A stretch of 64,000 bases of DNA from an uncultured Brevundimonas sp. (GTDB lineage Bacteria; Pseudomonadota; Alphaproteobacteria; Caulobacterales; Caulobacteraceae). Under the pieces are notes generated by a model, which saw only the letters and a list, made by a program, of their open reading frames with translations, was not told the DNA's origin and ran no database searches. Position 1 is the first letter of the stretch. Every line of letters starts with the position of its first letter. The translations under genes were made by a program, and so were the position numbers. Shown here piece by piece: positions 8,967 through 21,079 of this stretch. The DNA lies in NCBI RefSeq assembly GCF_963975535.1, contig NZ_CAXBHE010000005.1:25172-89171 (forward strand). The letters are read 5' to 3'.

Positions 8967-11159
8967 TCAGTCCATCAACTGCTGGGCCAGATAGACATAG
9001 TGGCGGGCCCAGCGCCGGGCATTGGCCACCGGATCGGCGTCATTGGAGTGGCCGCCCGAGGTTTCCTCATAATACAGGTGGTCGTGGCCCTGATCGCCCA
9101 GCCGCGCCGCGAATTTGCGCGCATGGCCGGCATGAACCCGGTCGTCCAGCGTATTGGTGGTGATGTAGACGCGCGGATAGTCCGCATCCGGACGCAGCTG
9201 CTGATAGGCCGAATAGCCGGCGATCCAGGCGGCCTCCTCGGGGATGCGCGGGTCGCCGTATTCGCCGATCCACGAGGCCCCGGCGGGCAGTTCGTGATAG
9301 CGCAGCATGTCGATCAGCGGGCTCTCGATCACCGCCGCATTGATCAGCTCTGGGTGCTGGGTGACCATGACCGAGGTCAGCACCCCGCCGTTCGAGCGAC
9401 CGTAGATGCCCAGACGGCGCGGCGAGGTGATGCCGCGCGCCTGCAGATCACGCGCCACGGCGGCGAAATCGTCAAAGGCCATCTGGCGGTTCTCGTTCAG
9501 CACCGCCTGGTGCCAGTCGGGCCCGAACTCGCCACCGCCGCGGATGTTGGCGTTGACATAGACCCCGCCCTTCTCGAGCCACAGCCTGCCCATTTCCGGA
9601 ATATAGGCCGGCGGCTTGGACACCTGGAAACCGCCGTAGCCGTACATGATCGTCGGCGCATGGCCGTCCATGACCAGGTCGCGGGGACGGGTGACGAAAT
9701 AGGGGATCTTGGTGCCGTCGGACGAGGTGGCCTCGAACTGTTCGACCACATGGGTCGAGGCCTCGAACCGGGCGGGGGCGGCGGCGATCTGTTCGGTCCG
9801 CCCGGCGGGGCCGACCCGCATATCCAGCAGGTTCAGGGTGGCCGGCGTCAGAAAGCCTTCAAAGCTGTAGAACTGTCGATCCGATCCCCGGCTCGAGTCG
9901 CCCAGGTGCACCGCGACATTGTCCGGCACGTCGACATCGGCCTTCAGCCAGCCGCGGCCCCGGGTGTCGAGGAAACGCATCATCCGTCCCCGGACGTTGT
10001 CGTAGACCGTCGCGACAACGCGGTTGTCGAACACCGACACCTCTTCGACCGACTGGCGGTCAGCGGGCGCAAAGATGGTCTCGGCGCGGCCCTGGCCGTC
10101 GCGCAAGCCCGCAAGGGGCGCGGCCATCAGGCTGCCGGCCCGGAACGTCTCACCCGCCTGGGTCCACGACTGGTCAACGCTGAAGATCAACTGGTCGCGG
10201 ATCGCGCCCTGGACATTGACCTTGGCCGGAAGGCTCAGCTTGACCGCACGACCGTCCAGCCACTGTACGGTCTCGCTGCTGAAGGTATCCAGCGGACGGT
10301 TGAACAGCACCGCCAGGACCGCGCCCCGGCCGTCGCGCAGAACCCGCGCGCTGACCCCATAGCCGCCGTCGCCGATGTCGCCGCGATAGACCTCGGTGGC
10401 CTGGGCCAGGGTCTGGCCGCGCGTCAGGGTCTTGATGATGAAGGGATAGCCGCTCTCGGTCAGGGTGCCGGGGCCGAAATCGGTGGCCACCAGCAGGGTG
10501 TTGCGGTCCAGCCAGCTGAGGCGGTGCTTGCCCTCGGGCAGGGTGAAGCCACCGGCGACGAAGCGTTTGGTCGTCAGGTCGAACTCACGCACCACCACGG
10601 CGTCCCGGCCGCCGTCGGACAGATTGACCAGGCAGCGGGTCTCGTCGGGCGCGAGGCAGTTGGCCCCCTTGAACACCCAGTCCCTGCCTTCAGCCGCCGA
10701 CAGGGCCCCGATGTCGAGCAGGGTCTCCCACTGCGGATCGGCCGAACGATAGGAGTCCAGCGTCGTGCGTCGCCACACCCCCTTGGGATTGGCCGCGTCC
10801 TGCCAGAAATTGCCGATGCCGTCGCCGAGGAAGCTCGGCGCGGGAATCCGGTCGGTGGCCGACAGGATGGCGAAGGCCTGCTGGCGATAGGGCTCATAGC
10901 GGGGATCACCGGTCAGGGCCGCCAGCGCGGCCGCATTCTCGCGTGCGACAAAGGCCATGGCCGCCTCGCCCTGCACCTGTTCCAGGTCCAGATGGTCGTC
11001 GGCGGCGGCCACCCCGGCCGGGCTGAGGTCGGCGGGGAAATGCGGCGGCGGCGCGCGCTCGGCCACGACCGCCGGCGGGGCGACGGCGGGGCCCGGCAGG
11101 GTGGCGCAGGCCCCCATGAGCAGGGCCGGGATGGCGGCGGACAGGATCAGATGGCGCAT
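8967..11159 (-). CDS. prolyl oligopeptidase family (S9) serine peptidase, probable lipoprotein
   Basis: GRSNGG (Ser), DDRVH (Asp), GGHS (His); N-terminal lipobox LMGAC. Confidence 0.93.
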   Translation of the reverse strand: MRHLILSAAIPALLMGACATLPGPAVAPPAVVAERAPPPHFPADLSPAGVAAADDHLDLEQVQGEAAMAFVARENAAALAALTGDPRYEPYRQQAFAILSATDRIPAPSFLGDGIGNFWQDAANPKGVWRRTTLDSYRSADPQWETLLDIGALSAAEGRDWVFKGANCLAPDETRCLVNLSDGGRDAVVVREFDLTTKRFVAGGFTLPEGKHRLSWLDRNTLLVATDFGPGTLTESGYPFIIKTLTRGQTLAQATEVYRGDIGDGGYGVSARVLRDGRGAVLAVLFNRPLDTFSSETVQWLDGRAVKLSLPAKVNVQGAIRDQLIFSVDQSWTQAGETFRAGSLMAAPLAGLRDGQGRAETIFAPADRQSVEEVSVFDNRVVATVYDNVRGRMMRFLDTRGRGWLKADVDVPDNVAVHLGDSSRGSDRQFYSFEGFLTPATLNLLDMRVGPAGRTEQIAAAPARFEASTHVVEQFEATSSDGTKIPYFVTRPRDLVMDGHAPTIMYGYGGFQVSKPPAYIPEMGRLWLEKGGVYVNANIRGGGEFGPDWHQAVLNENRQMAFDDFAAVARDLQARGITSPRRLGIYGRSNGGVLTSVMVTQHPELINAAVIESPLIDMLRYHELPAGASWIGEYGDPRIPEEAAWIAGYSAYQQLRPDADYPRVYITTNTLDDRVHAGHARKFAARLGDQGHDHLYYEETSGGHSNDADPVANARRWARHYVYLAQQLMD

Positions 11160-11182
11160 GGACTTACACTCCGCAGTTAAAA

Positions 11183-11289
11183 TCCTCCCCCATCGGGGGA
11201 GGGGGACCATCCGAAGGATGGTGGAGGGGGACTGGACCTGAACCGGGGCCGGGGCCTTCGCGGTCCCCCTCCCCCAAGGAGGGGGAGGA
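11183..11289. repeat. alphaproteobacterial palindromic intergenic repeat (CIR/MITE-like)
   Basis: Terminal arms TCCTCCCCC-ATC-GGGGGAGGGGGACC (11183-11208) and GGTCCCCCTCCCCC-AAGGA-GGGGGAGGA (11262-11289) are inverted copies differing only in the loop; internal hairpin ACCATCC-GAA-GGATGGT. Confidence 0.85.
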
Positions 11290-11298
11290 AGGCACGAC

Positions 11299-13485
11299 CT
11301 ACTCCGGCACGGGGATCTGCGTGTCCATCAGCCGCCGCGTCAGATAGGTGTATTCCAGCGCGATGCGCCGGGCCGTCTCGCGCAGATTGGCGCCGGCCGC
11401 GTGGCCGCCGTCGGTATTCTCGTAGAACAGCACCGGATAGCCCAGTTCCTCAAGCCGCGCCGTCGCCTTGCGGGCGTGGCCCGGATGGACCCGGTCATCC
11501 TTGGTCGAGGTATGGATGAAGACCTCGGGATAGGGCTGTCCGGCGCGCAGGTTCTGATAGGGGGAATAGGCCTGGATCCAGGCCCGCTCGGCCGGGATGT
11601 CCGGATTGCCGTATTCGCCCTGCCACGAGGCCCCGGCCAGCAGCTTGTTGAAGCGCAGCATGTCGAACAGCGGCACCTGGATGACGGCGGCGTTGATCAG
11701 GTCCGGCCGCTGGGTCAGCATCGTGCCCATGAACAGCCCGCCCTGGGACCCGCCGATGATGCCCAGTCGCGGCTGGCTGGTGATGTCGCGGGCGATCAGG
11801 TCCAGGGCCACGGCCTGGAAGTCCTCATGGGCGCGCTGGCGGTTCTCCTGCAGGGCCGTGTCGTGCCAGTTGGGGCCGAACTCGCCGCCGCCGCGGGTAT
11901 TGGCCACGACATAGACGCCGCCGCGCTCCAGCCACAGCTTGCCGACCGTGGCCGAATAGCCGGGCAGCAGGGAGTTCTGGAAACCGCCGTAGCCGTACAG
12001 CAGGGTCGGGTTCGCGCCGTCGCTGGCCATGGCGTCGCGATGGACGACGAAATAGGGGATCATCGTGCCGTCGGCCGAGCGGGCCTCGAACTGGTCCACG
12101 GTCATGCCGTCGGCATTGAATTTGGCCGGCAGCGCCTTGACCTGTTCGACCGCGCCGGTGGCCGCATCGGCCAGCCACAGGCTGGACGGGTTCAGATAGC
12201 CGGCGACGCTGACGAACACCTGGTCGTCGCGGTCCGAGGTCGACCCGACCCCGACGGTGACGTTCTGCGGCAGGTCCAGACGGATCCGGGCCCAGTCGCC
12301 GTCCGCGTTCGGCGCATAGACATGGACCGCGCCGCGGACGTTCTCGAACAGGGCCACGACCAGGCGGTTGCGGGTGGCCCGGATGCCCTCGATGGCCTCG
12401 CGCGGCCCGGGGCGGATGATCAGCCGCGCCGGTGTCGCCGGATCGGCCAGCCAGGCGTCGAGCGGCCAGGCCAGCACGTCGCCGGTCCGGAACGCCTGTC
12501 CCGAGGGGGCGGTCCAGTCCTGTTTGGTGGTGATGACCAGCTGACCCTGGACCAGGGCCTCGATGTCCGCCTTGGCCGGAAGCGCCAGCTGTGTCGTTGA
12601 GCCGTCGGCGTGCAGACGCCAGGTCTCGCTCTCATAGAAGCTGACGCCGCGGTTGAGCAGGGTGGCCCGCACCGTCCCGTCGGCGTCGCGCAGGGCATAG
12701 CCGGACACCGAGACGTCCTCCGGCTGGCCGGTGAAGACGGTCTCGGCCTGGTCGATCGTCTGACCGCGCCGCAGCCGTTTGACGATCATCGGATAGCCCG
12801 AACGGGTCATCGACCCCTCGCCGAAATCGCGGGCGATCAGCAGGGTGTCGGCGTCGATCCAGGCGGCGTCGCCCTTGGACTCCGGCAGGACGAAGCCGTC
12901 GGCGACGAAGGTCTTCGTGGTGCGGTCGAATTCGCGGATGGTGACCGCGTCCTTGCCGCCGTCGGACAGGGACACGAGGCAGCGGGTCTCGGCGGGCGGC
13001 AGGCAGGTCGCGCCCTTCCACACCCAGTTGTGCCCCTCGGCCGCCGACAGGGCGTCGATGTCGAGCAGGGTCTCCCATTCCGGTTCGGCGCGGCGATAGC
13101 TGTCCAGGCCGGTCGTGCGCCAGACGCCGCGCACATGCTCGGCGTCCTGCCAGAAATTGTCGAGCGTGCCGTCAGCGTTGAAGCCGGGATAGGGTATGCG
13201 GTCGCGCGACTGCACGATCTCCAGCGCCTGCCGGTGCAGGGCCTCATAGCGGGGATCCCCCTGCAGGACGCCCAGCGACCGGGCGTTGTGGGCATTGACC
13301 CAGGCCATGGCCCGCTCGCCCTCGATCTCTTCCAGCCACAGATACGGGTCGGTGGCGTCCGAGGTGGCGAAGGCCCCCTCGGCGAGCGGCGGATTGGGCG
13401 GGGAAGCGGGGGATTGGGCCATGACGCCTGTCGCGAGAGCGGTGGATGCCAGAAGGACGGCGAGCGTGGCGGCGGGACGGATCAT
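11299..13485 (-). CDS. prolyl oligopeptidase family (S9) serine peptidase with Sec signal peptide
   Basis: GGSQGG (Ser), DDRVH (Asp), GGHA (His); clear paralogue of the adjacent gene. Confidence 0.93.
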   Translation of the reverse strand: MIRPAATLAVLLASTALATGVMAQSPASPPNPPLAEGAFATSDATDPYLWLEEIEGERAMAWVNAHNARSLGVLQGDPRYEALHRQALEIVQSRDRIPYPGFNADGTLDNFWQDAEHVRGVWRTTGLDSYRRAEPEWETLLDIDALSAAEGHNWVWKGATCLPPAETRCLVSLSDGGKDAVTIREFDRTTKTFVADGFVLPESKGDAAWIDADTLLIARDFGEGSMTRSGYPMIVKRLRRGQTIDQAETVFTGQPEDVSVSGYALRDADGTVRATLLNRGVSFYESETWRLHADGSTTQLALPAKADIEALVQGQLVITTKQDWTAPSGQAFRTGDVLAWPLDAWLADPATPARLIIRPGPREAIEGIRATRNRLVVALFENVRGAVHVYAPNADGDWARIRLDLPQNVTVGVGSTSDRDDQVFVSVAGYLNPSSLWLADAATGAVEQVKALPAKFNADGMTVDQFEARSADGTMIPYFVVHRDAMASDGANPTLLYGYGGFQNSLLPGYSATVGKLWLERGGVYVVANTRGGGEFGPNWHDTALQENRQRAHEDFQAVALDLIARDITSQPRLGIIGGSQGGLFMGTMLTQRPDLINAAVIQVPLFDMLRFNKLLAGASWQGEYGNPDIPAERAWIQAYSPYQNLRAGQPYPEVFIHTSTKDDRVHPGHARKATARLEELGYPVLFYENTDGGHAAGANLRETARRIALEYTYLTRRLMDTQIPVPE

Positions 13486-13579
13486 GCGGGCGGTTCCGGT
13501 ATGCGGGGGCCCGCACCTTAACCGCCGGCCGCCGCCGGACAAGGCGATGCGCGGTCCCTTACGGTTTTGTCATCGCAAT

Positions 13580-14380
13580 TCAGCGGCCGGGATCGGGAAT
13601 GCAGAGGGTCTCGCCGCACGCCTTGCAGTGGACGGCGTCGGGATCGTGGCGCTGCAGGCCGCAGGTCGGGCAGGGATAGACGACCTTGTGCGGCATCAGC
13701 AGGGTCTGCCCCAGGCGCACGAACAGGGTCACCCCGACCAGCATGATCACGATCGACACCAGCCGCCCCCAGTTGCCCGGCAGCAGAATGTCGCCATAGC
13801 CGGTCGTGGTCAGGCTGGTGACGGTGAAATACAGGGCGTCGATATAGCCGGTGATGCCTTCATAGCGGCCCATGAAGCTGGTGTAGACGAAGCCGGTGGC
13901 CACGAAGACGAAGGTCACCAGGGCCACGATCGCCTTGGTCGTGTCCTCGACCCGGGTCTGGTCATAGCGCCGGCCGATCGTGCGCCAGAAGAATTCCGAA
14001 TTGATCAGGGTCCACAGCCGCAGCACCCGCAGGAAGCCGAGATTGAACAGCCAGGCCGGGAACAGCAGCGTCGCCAGGATGAACAGATCGACCCAGACGA
14101 TCGGCTTCTTCAGCCAGGCCCTTACGTCGGAAAAGGCCCAGGCCCGCGCCGCAAGGTCGAGCGCCAGCAGGAAGGCGATCACATAGTCGATGACATAGAA
14201 GACCCAGGCCTCGCTCCGCAGCAGCGGGGCCGCCACGAAGAAGCCGACAATCAGCAGGTCAATGACCAGCACCGCCAGCCGGAACCGGACCGCGGTCTCG
14301 GATGAGCCGTGATACAGGGCCCGGACCCGCGCGCGCAGACGCAGGCCTTCGGGTTTTTCGACATCGTCAGCGCGGCTCAT
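13580..14380 (-). CDS. potassium channel family protein with C-terminal zinc ribbon
   Basis: Selectivity filter TTTGYGD, S4-like LRVLRLW, C-terminal CPTC...HCKAC; start at MSRADD (14380), not at the long ORF start. Confidence 0.9.
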   Translation of the reverse strand: MSRADDVEKPEGLRLRARVRALYHGSSETAVRFRLAVLVIDLLIVGFFVAAPLLRSEAWVFYVIDYVIAFLLALDLAARAWAFSDVRAWLKKPIVWVDLFILATLLFPAWLFNLGFLRVLRLWTLINSEFFWRTIGRRYDQTRVEDTTKAIVALVTFVFVATGFVYTSFMGRYEGITGYIDALYFTVTSLTTTGYGDILLPGNWGRLVSIVIMLVGVTLFVRLGQTLLMPHKVVYPCPTCGLQRHDPDAVHCKACGETLCIPDPGR

Positions 14381-14462
14381 GCGCCAGCGATACCGCGCTT
14401 CGCCGCCGGCGGAAACAGCGCCCTTCGCCACAGGACGTTCCCGGTCTATAGGCTCGGGGTCC

Positions 14463-15383
14463 ATGCAACGCCCCTTCGTCAAGATGAACGGCGCCGGCAA
14501 TGACTTCGTCATCGTCAATGCGCTCGAAACCCCCTTCGCCCCGACGGGGACACAGGTGCGCGCCATCGCCGACCGCGACACCGGCCCGGGCTGCGACCAG
14601 CTGATCGCCATCGAGCCGTCCGACCGCGCCGACGCCTTCATGCGGGTGTGGAACGCCGACGGCGGCGCGGTCGAGACCTGCGGCAATGCCCTGCGCTGCG
14701 TCGGCTGGCTGCTGATGCAGTCGACCGGCAAGGACCAGGTCACCCTCGACACCCTCGGCGGCCCGACCACGGCCTGGCGCGTTCCGGGCCGCGTCGGATC
14801 GGGACCCGACGGGCGGCGCGAAGCGTCAGATCCGCCCGACCCGATCGGGGGGTCGACGAGCGCGGCCCGGATTAAGGTCGACATGGGCGCGCCGCGGCTG
14901 GACTGGACCGAGATCCCGCTGGAGGAGGCGATGGACACCACGGGCATCGAGCTGCAGGTCGGGCCGATCGACGCCCCGCTGCTGCACACGCCCGGAGCCG
15001 TCTCGATGGGCAATCCCCATGTGGTCTTCTTCACCGACCGGCAGGACGACGCCTTCGTCACCGGCTCCGGCTCGCTGATCGAGCACCACCCGCTGTTTCC
15101 CGAGGGGGTCAATGTCGGCTTCGCCCACGTCCTGGCCCCGGACCGCATCCGCCTGCGGGTGTGGGAGCGCGGGGCCGGCCTGACCCGCGCCTGCGGCACC
15201 GGGGCCTGCGCCGCCCTGGTCGCGGCCAGCCGCCGGGGTCTGACCGGCCGCTCGGCCACGGTCGAGGTCGACGGCGGCACCCTGACGATCGCCTGGGACG
15301 AGGCCACCGGCCACGTCTTCATGACCGGCCCGGTCGAGATCGAACGCACCGGCATCCTGACCCTCAAACCTGACCCCGGGTAA
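14463..15383 (+). CDS. dapF: diaminopimelate epimerase carrying an in-frame insertion of about 25 aa
   Basis: KMNGAGNDF, ETCGNALRC and RACGTGAC catalytic Cys motifs, SMGNPHVV, VWERGAG. Confidence 0.95.
   Translation: MQRPFVKMNGAGNDFVIVNALETPFAPTGTQVRAIADRDTGPGCDQLIAIEPSDRADAFMRVWNADGGAVETCGNALRCVGWLLMQSTGKDQVTLDTLGGPTTAWRVPGRVGSGPDGRREASDPPDPIGGSTSAARIKVDMGAPRLDWTEIPLEEAMDTTGIELQVGPIDAPLLHTPGAVSMGNPHVVFFTDRQDDAFVTGSGSLIEHHPLFPEGVNVGFAHVLAPDRIRLRVWERGAGLTRACGTGACAALVAASRRGLTGRSATVEVDGGTLTIAWDEATGHVFMTGPVEIERTGILTLKPDPG
14783..14871. repeat. nested palindromic element inside dapF
   Basis: 11-bp perfect terminal inverted repeat TCCGGGCCGCG/CGCGGCCCGGA, inner pairs GATCGGG/CCCGATC and GGGCGG/CCGCCC, apical CGC-GAA-GCG hairpin. 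Confidence 0.8.
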
Positions 15384-15466
15384 GGAATACGACGGGGGCC
15401 GGTTGTCGCCCCCCGTCGCCCGCTCTAGGAACAGATGACGCCCCCCGAGCCCCCGGAAAGACGCTG

Positions 15467-17746
<2,280 letters not shown>

Positions 17747-17792
17747 GCCGTCGGGCCGCCGGCCGGGTCGCACCGGCCGGCGATCCCGCGGC

Positions 17793-19463
17793 TCAGCCGG
17801 CCGCCGCGCCCGTCTTGCGCCGCCCGGCCGTCAGGCGGATCCACTCCAGAATGCAGAAGATCACGGTCACCCCGCCCAGGGCGGCCGCGAAGACGAACAC
17901 CCAGGCGAAGCCGTGCACCTCGATCATCTCGCCCAGCGCACCCCGCCCGAGCGTGCCGATCAGCAGGGCCAGTGAGGTGAAGACCGCGAACTGCACCGCG
18001 CCGAACATCTTGCTCGACAGGGCCGACAGATAGGCCACGAACGCGGCCCCGGCGAAGCCCCCGGCGATGTTCTCGCCGGCGATGGCCAGCATCAGTCGCG
18101 CCATGGGCTCGCCGATGCCGAAACCGCCGAACAGCCCATAGAGGCCGGTCGAGGCCATGAAGCCGCCGATCACCGGGGCCCCCATGGCCAGGTCGGCGAA
18201 CAGCAGATTGGTCGCCGCGGCCAGCACCGCCCCGATCACCAGCGACGCCATCCGGCCGATGACCAGCAGGGCCCAGCCGCCGAGGCCGATGCCGAGAATG
18301 GTCATGACCACGCCGAAGGTCTTGGAGGCCAGGGCCACCTCGGTCTTGGTGTGCCCGAGGGCGCCGCCGACATCGCCCATGTAGAAGGGATAGGCGAACG
18401 GGCCCCAGACGCCGTCGGTGATCCGGTAGGTCAGGATCAGGCCCAGCACGATCAGCGCGCCCCAGCCCAGACGCCCCATCAGCTCGACCAGCGGGGCCAG
18501 GATGGCGTCGTACAGGGTGGTCACCAGCGGGCGGGTGTCGGTCGCGGGCGTGGGCTGGCGACCGCGCCAGACCACGAAGCCGGCCAGGCCGCACGGCAGC
18601 AGGACGGCGGCGGCGATGATCCACGGCCCCCAGCTGGCGGTGAATTCGGTCGCGCTCGGGGCCGGCGAGGTGTTCAGGGCCGTGACCATGAAATTGACCA
18701 GCATGAAGGCGGCCCAGCCCCAGGCGGCGAGGGTGGCGATCAGGGCGAACAGCCGCAGTTTCGGCGACCCCAGCCGCTCCTTGGCGATGGCCTGGGGCGG
18801 GGCTGGTTCCGGCTCGGGGGCGATGATCGTGCCCAGCAGGCCGAGGCCCATCAGCAGGCCGGCGATGGTGAAGGTGGCCGGCCAGCCGGCGACATCGGCC
18901 AGCAGCAGGGCCCCGGCCCCGCCGACCAGGGCCGCGGTGCGGAAACCGAACTGGTAGATGGTCGACAGCAGGTCGATCGGTGCGCCCGGCCCGGCGACCT
19001 CGATGCGCCAGGTGTCGATGACGATGTCCTGGGTGGCGGAGGCGAAGGCCCCCAGGGCCGCGGCCCCGGCCAGCAGGCCCAGGGTGCCGCCCTCGGGACT
19101 GGAGACCGCGATCACCAGCAGGGCCCCGCCGATGATCAGCTGGCACCCCAGCAGCCACGAGCGCCGTCGCCCCACCCGCCGGCCGATCACCGGCGGGAAC
19201 AGGTTGACCAGCGGCGACCACAGGAATTTGAAGGCGGCGAACAGGCCGATCCACGACAATATGCCGATCGTGGCGATCGACACGCCGGCCTCGCCCAGCC
19301 AGGCGTTGAGGGTGCCGATCAGCATGGTGAAGGGCAGGCCCGCCGAGAAGCCCAGCAACAGCATGGCCAGGGTGCGGCGATCGCGGAAGGCCGCCTTCAG
19401 CACCGCCAGTCCCTTGGGAGCGATATCCTCATCGGCCGTCGGGACGGCGGGTGTCTCGGTCAT
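17793..19463 (-). CDS. ampG: AmpG family muropeptide MFS permease
   Basis: LLGFSAGLP, FKFLWSPLV, GRRRSWL, SATQDIVIDTWRIE; many TM segments. Confidence 0.9.
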   Translation of the reverse strand: MTETPAVPTADEDIAPKGLAVLKAAFRDRRTLAMLLLGFSAGLPFTMLIGTLNAWLGEAGVSIATIGILSWIGLFAAFKFLWSPLVNLFPPVIGRRVGRRRSWLLGCQLIIGGALLVIAVSSPEGGTLGLLAGAAALGAFASATQDIVIDTWRIEVAGPGAPIDLLSTIYQFGFRTAALVGGAGALLLADVAGWPATFTIAGLLMGLGLLGTIIAPEPEPAPPQAIAKERLGSPKLRLFALIATLAAWGWAAFMLVNFMVTALNTSPAPSATEFTASWGPWIIAAAVLLPCGLAGFVVWRGRQPTPATDTRPLVTTLYDAILAPLVELMGRLGWGALIVLGLILTYRITDGVWGPFAYPFYMGDVGGALGHTKTEVALASKTFGVVMTILGIGLGGWALLVIGRMASLVIGAVLAAATNLLFADLAMGAPVIGGFMASTGLYGLFGGFGIGEPMARLMLAIAGENIAGGFAGAAFVAYLSALSSKMFGAVQFAVFTSLALLIGTLGRGALGEMIEVHGFAWVFVFAAALGGVTVIFCILEWIRLTAGRRKTGAAAG

Positions 19464-19494
19464 CGAAGCGTCTCTCCTGGACGCCCCGCGCCCT

Positions 19495-21045
19495 CTATTC
19501 GCCGACGACCTTGGCGCGGGTTTGCCGGTTCGTCCAGCGGGCGAGTGTCCGGCGCAGGCTCTCGGGGGCCAGCGGCTTGACCAGATGGTCGTCCATCCCG
19601 GCCTCGAGACAGGCGCGGCGGTCCTCGGCGAAGGCGTTGGCGGTCAGGGCCACGATCGGGGTTGCGTCGCCGCGGGCCCGGATCGCCCGGGTCGCGGTCG
19701 GACCGTCCATGCCCGGCATGCGCATGTCCATGAACACCAGGTCGTAGCGGGCCCGGGTCAGGGCGGCGACGGCCTCGTGGCCGTTGGCGGCGGTCTCGAC
19801 GGCGCAGCCCTCGCGCCGCAGCAGGGTCGCGGCCAGCAGCGCCCCGACCGGATTGTCCTCGACCAGCAGCACCCGGGTGCCGGCGAAGCGGACGGTGGCC
19901 ACCCGGTCGTCATCGGCCGACGGCGGCGGCGGCTGGCCGGGGGTGTGACCGGCCGAGGGGCTGGTCACGGCCAGCACCCGCTCGGCCAGGGAGGCGCGGC
20001 GCAGCGGCTTGATCAGATAGCCCTGGAAGCCGGCGGTGCGGTAGCGGGCGATCAGGTCCCGTTCCGACGGGCGCAGCAGCACGATGGCCCGGCCCGTTTC
20101 GGGCCGCGGGGCCAGGGACTCCCCGGCGACGGCGGCCAGGGCGTGGTCGACCAGCACGACCGGGGCCGCCGGGTGGACCTTGCCGCCCGAGGCCTCGATC
20201 TGGTCGATCGCGGCCTGGCGCACCATGTCGTCGGGCGACAGCACGGCGACGCGCCGGCCCTCCAGCGGCCGGCCGCGCTCGGGCCGGTCGGCGGCGGCGG
20301 TGAAGCTGGCCTCGAACCGGAAGCGCGAACCCGGGCTCTTGCCGCGGTGACCGACCGAGACCTTGCCGCCCATGGCGTCGGCCAGGCGTTTGACCACCGC
20401 CAGGCCCAGGCCGGCCCCGCCGAAGCGGGTGGCGTCCGAGGCGTCGACATGGCCGAACTCCTCGAAGATGCGGGCGCGCGCCTCGGCCGGAATACCCGGC
20501 CCGGTGTCGTCGACGATGAAGGCCAGCCGCGGGCGGTTGCCGGCCCGGGGCACGCGTTCGACGGTGATGTGGACCCCGCCGGTCTCGGTGAATTTGACGG
20601 CATTGCCGGCCAGGTTGAACAGCACCTGGCGCAGGCGGCCCTCGTCGGCCATCACATCGACGGCGTCGGGGGCGACCGACCAGACCAGCTCCAGCCCCTT
20701 CTCGTGGGCCCGCGGGCTCAGCAGTTCGGCGACACTGCGCACCAGGGTCTCGACATCGACCGGGGCGGAGTCGAACTCCAGCTTGCCGGCCTCCAGCCGG
20801 GCATAGTCCAGCAGGTCGTTGACCAGGCCCAGCAGGTGCTCGGCCGACTCGCGCGCCGCCTCGGCATAGGCGCGCTGCGCCCCGTCCAGCCGGGTCCGGG
20901 TCAGCAGGCCCAGCATGCCGATGACCCCGTTCAGCGGGGTGCGCATCTCGTGACTCATCAGGCGCAGGAACTGCTGCTCGGCCCCGTCGGGCGGCGCCAC
21001 CGTCGCTGCGATGGCCTTTGCGATATTCTTCGCCGGTCGTGTCAT
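19495..21045 (-). CDS. shkA: soluble hybrid histidine kinase (HisKA-HATPase-pseudoREC-REC), ShkA orthologue
   Basis: MSHEMRTPLNG H-box with no sensor or TM segment, NLAGNAVKFT, degenerate first REC, DDR linker motif (ADDDRVA), second REC with LVFMDMRMP; position between ampG and comM. Confidence 0.85.
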   Translation of the reverse strand: MTRPAKNIAKAIAATVAPPDGAEQQFLRLMSHEMRTPLNGVIGMLGLLTRTRLDGAQRAYAEAARESAEHLLGLVNDLLDYARLEAGKLEFDSAPVDVETLVRSVAELLSPRAHEKGLELVWSVAPDAVDVMADEGRLRQVLFNLAGNAVKFTETGGVHITVERVPRAGNRPRLAFIVDDTGPGIPAEARARIFEEFGHVDASDATRFGGAGLGLAVVKRLADAMGGKVSVGHRGKSPGSRFRFEASFTAAADRPERGRPLEGRRVAVLSPDDMVRQAAIDQIEASGGKVHPAAPVVLVDHALAAVAGESLAPRPETGRAIVLLRPSERDLIARYRTAGFQGYLIKPLRRASLAERVLAVTSPSAGHTPGQPPPPSADDDRVATVRFAGTRVLLVEDNPVGALLAATLLRREGCAVETAANGHEAVAALTRARYDLVFMDMRMPGMDGPTATRAIRARGDATPIVALTANAFAEDRRACLEAGMDDHLVKPLAPESLRRTLARWTNRQTRAKVVGE

Positions 21046-21079
21046 GTCGATCTCCGACCGCCACCATGGCGCACAACCG

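Noticed and set aside
14381-15367. 329-codon N-terminal extension on the K+ channel ORF
   Set aside because: It is the antisense shadow of dapF; the channel plausibly starts at 14380
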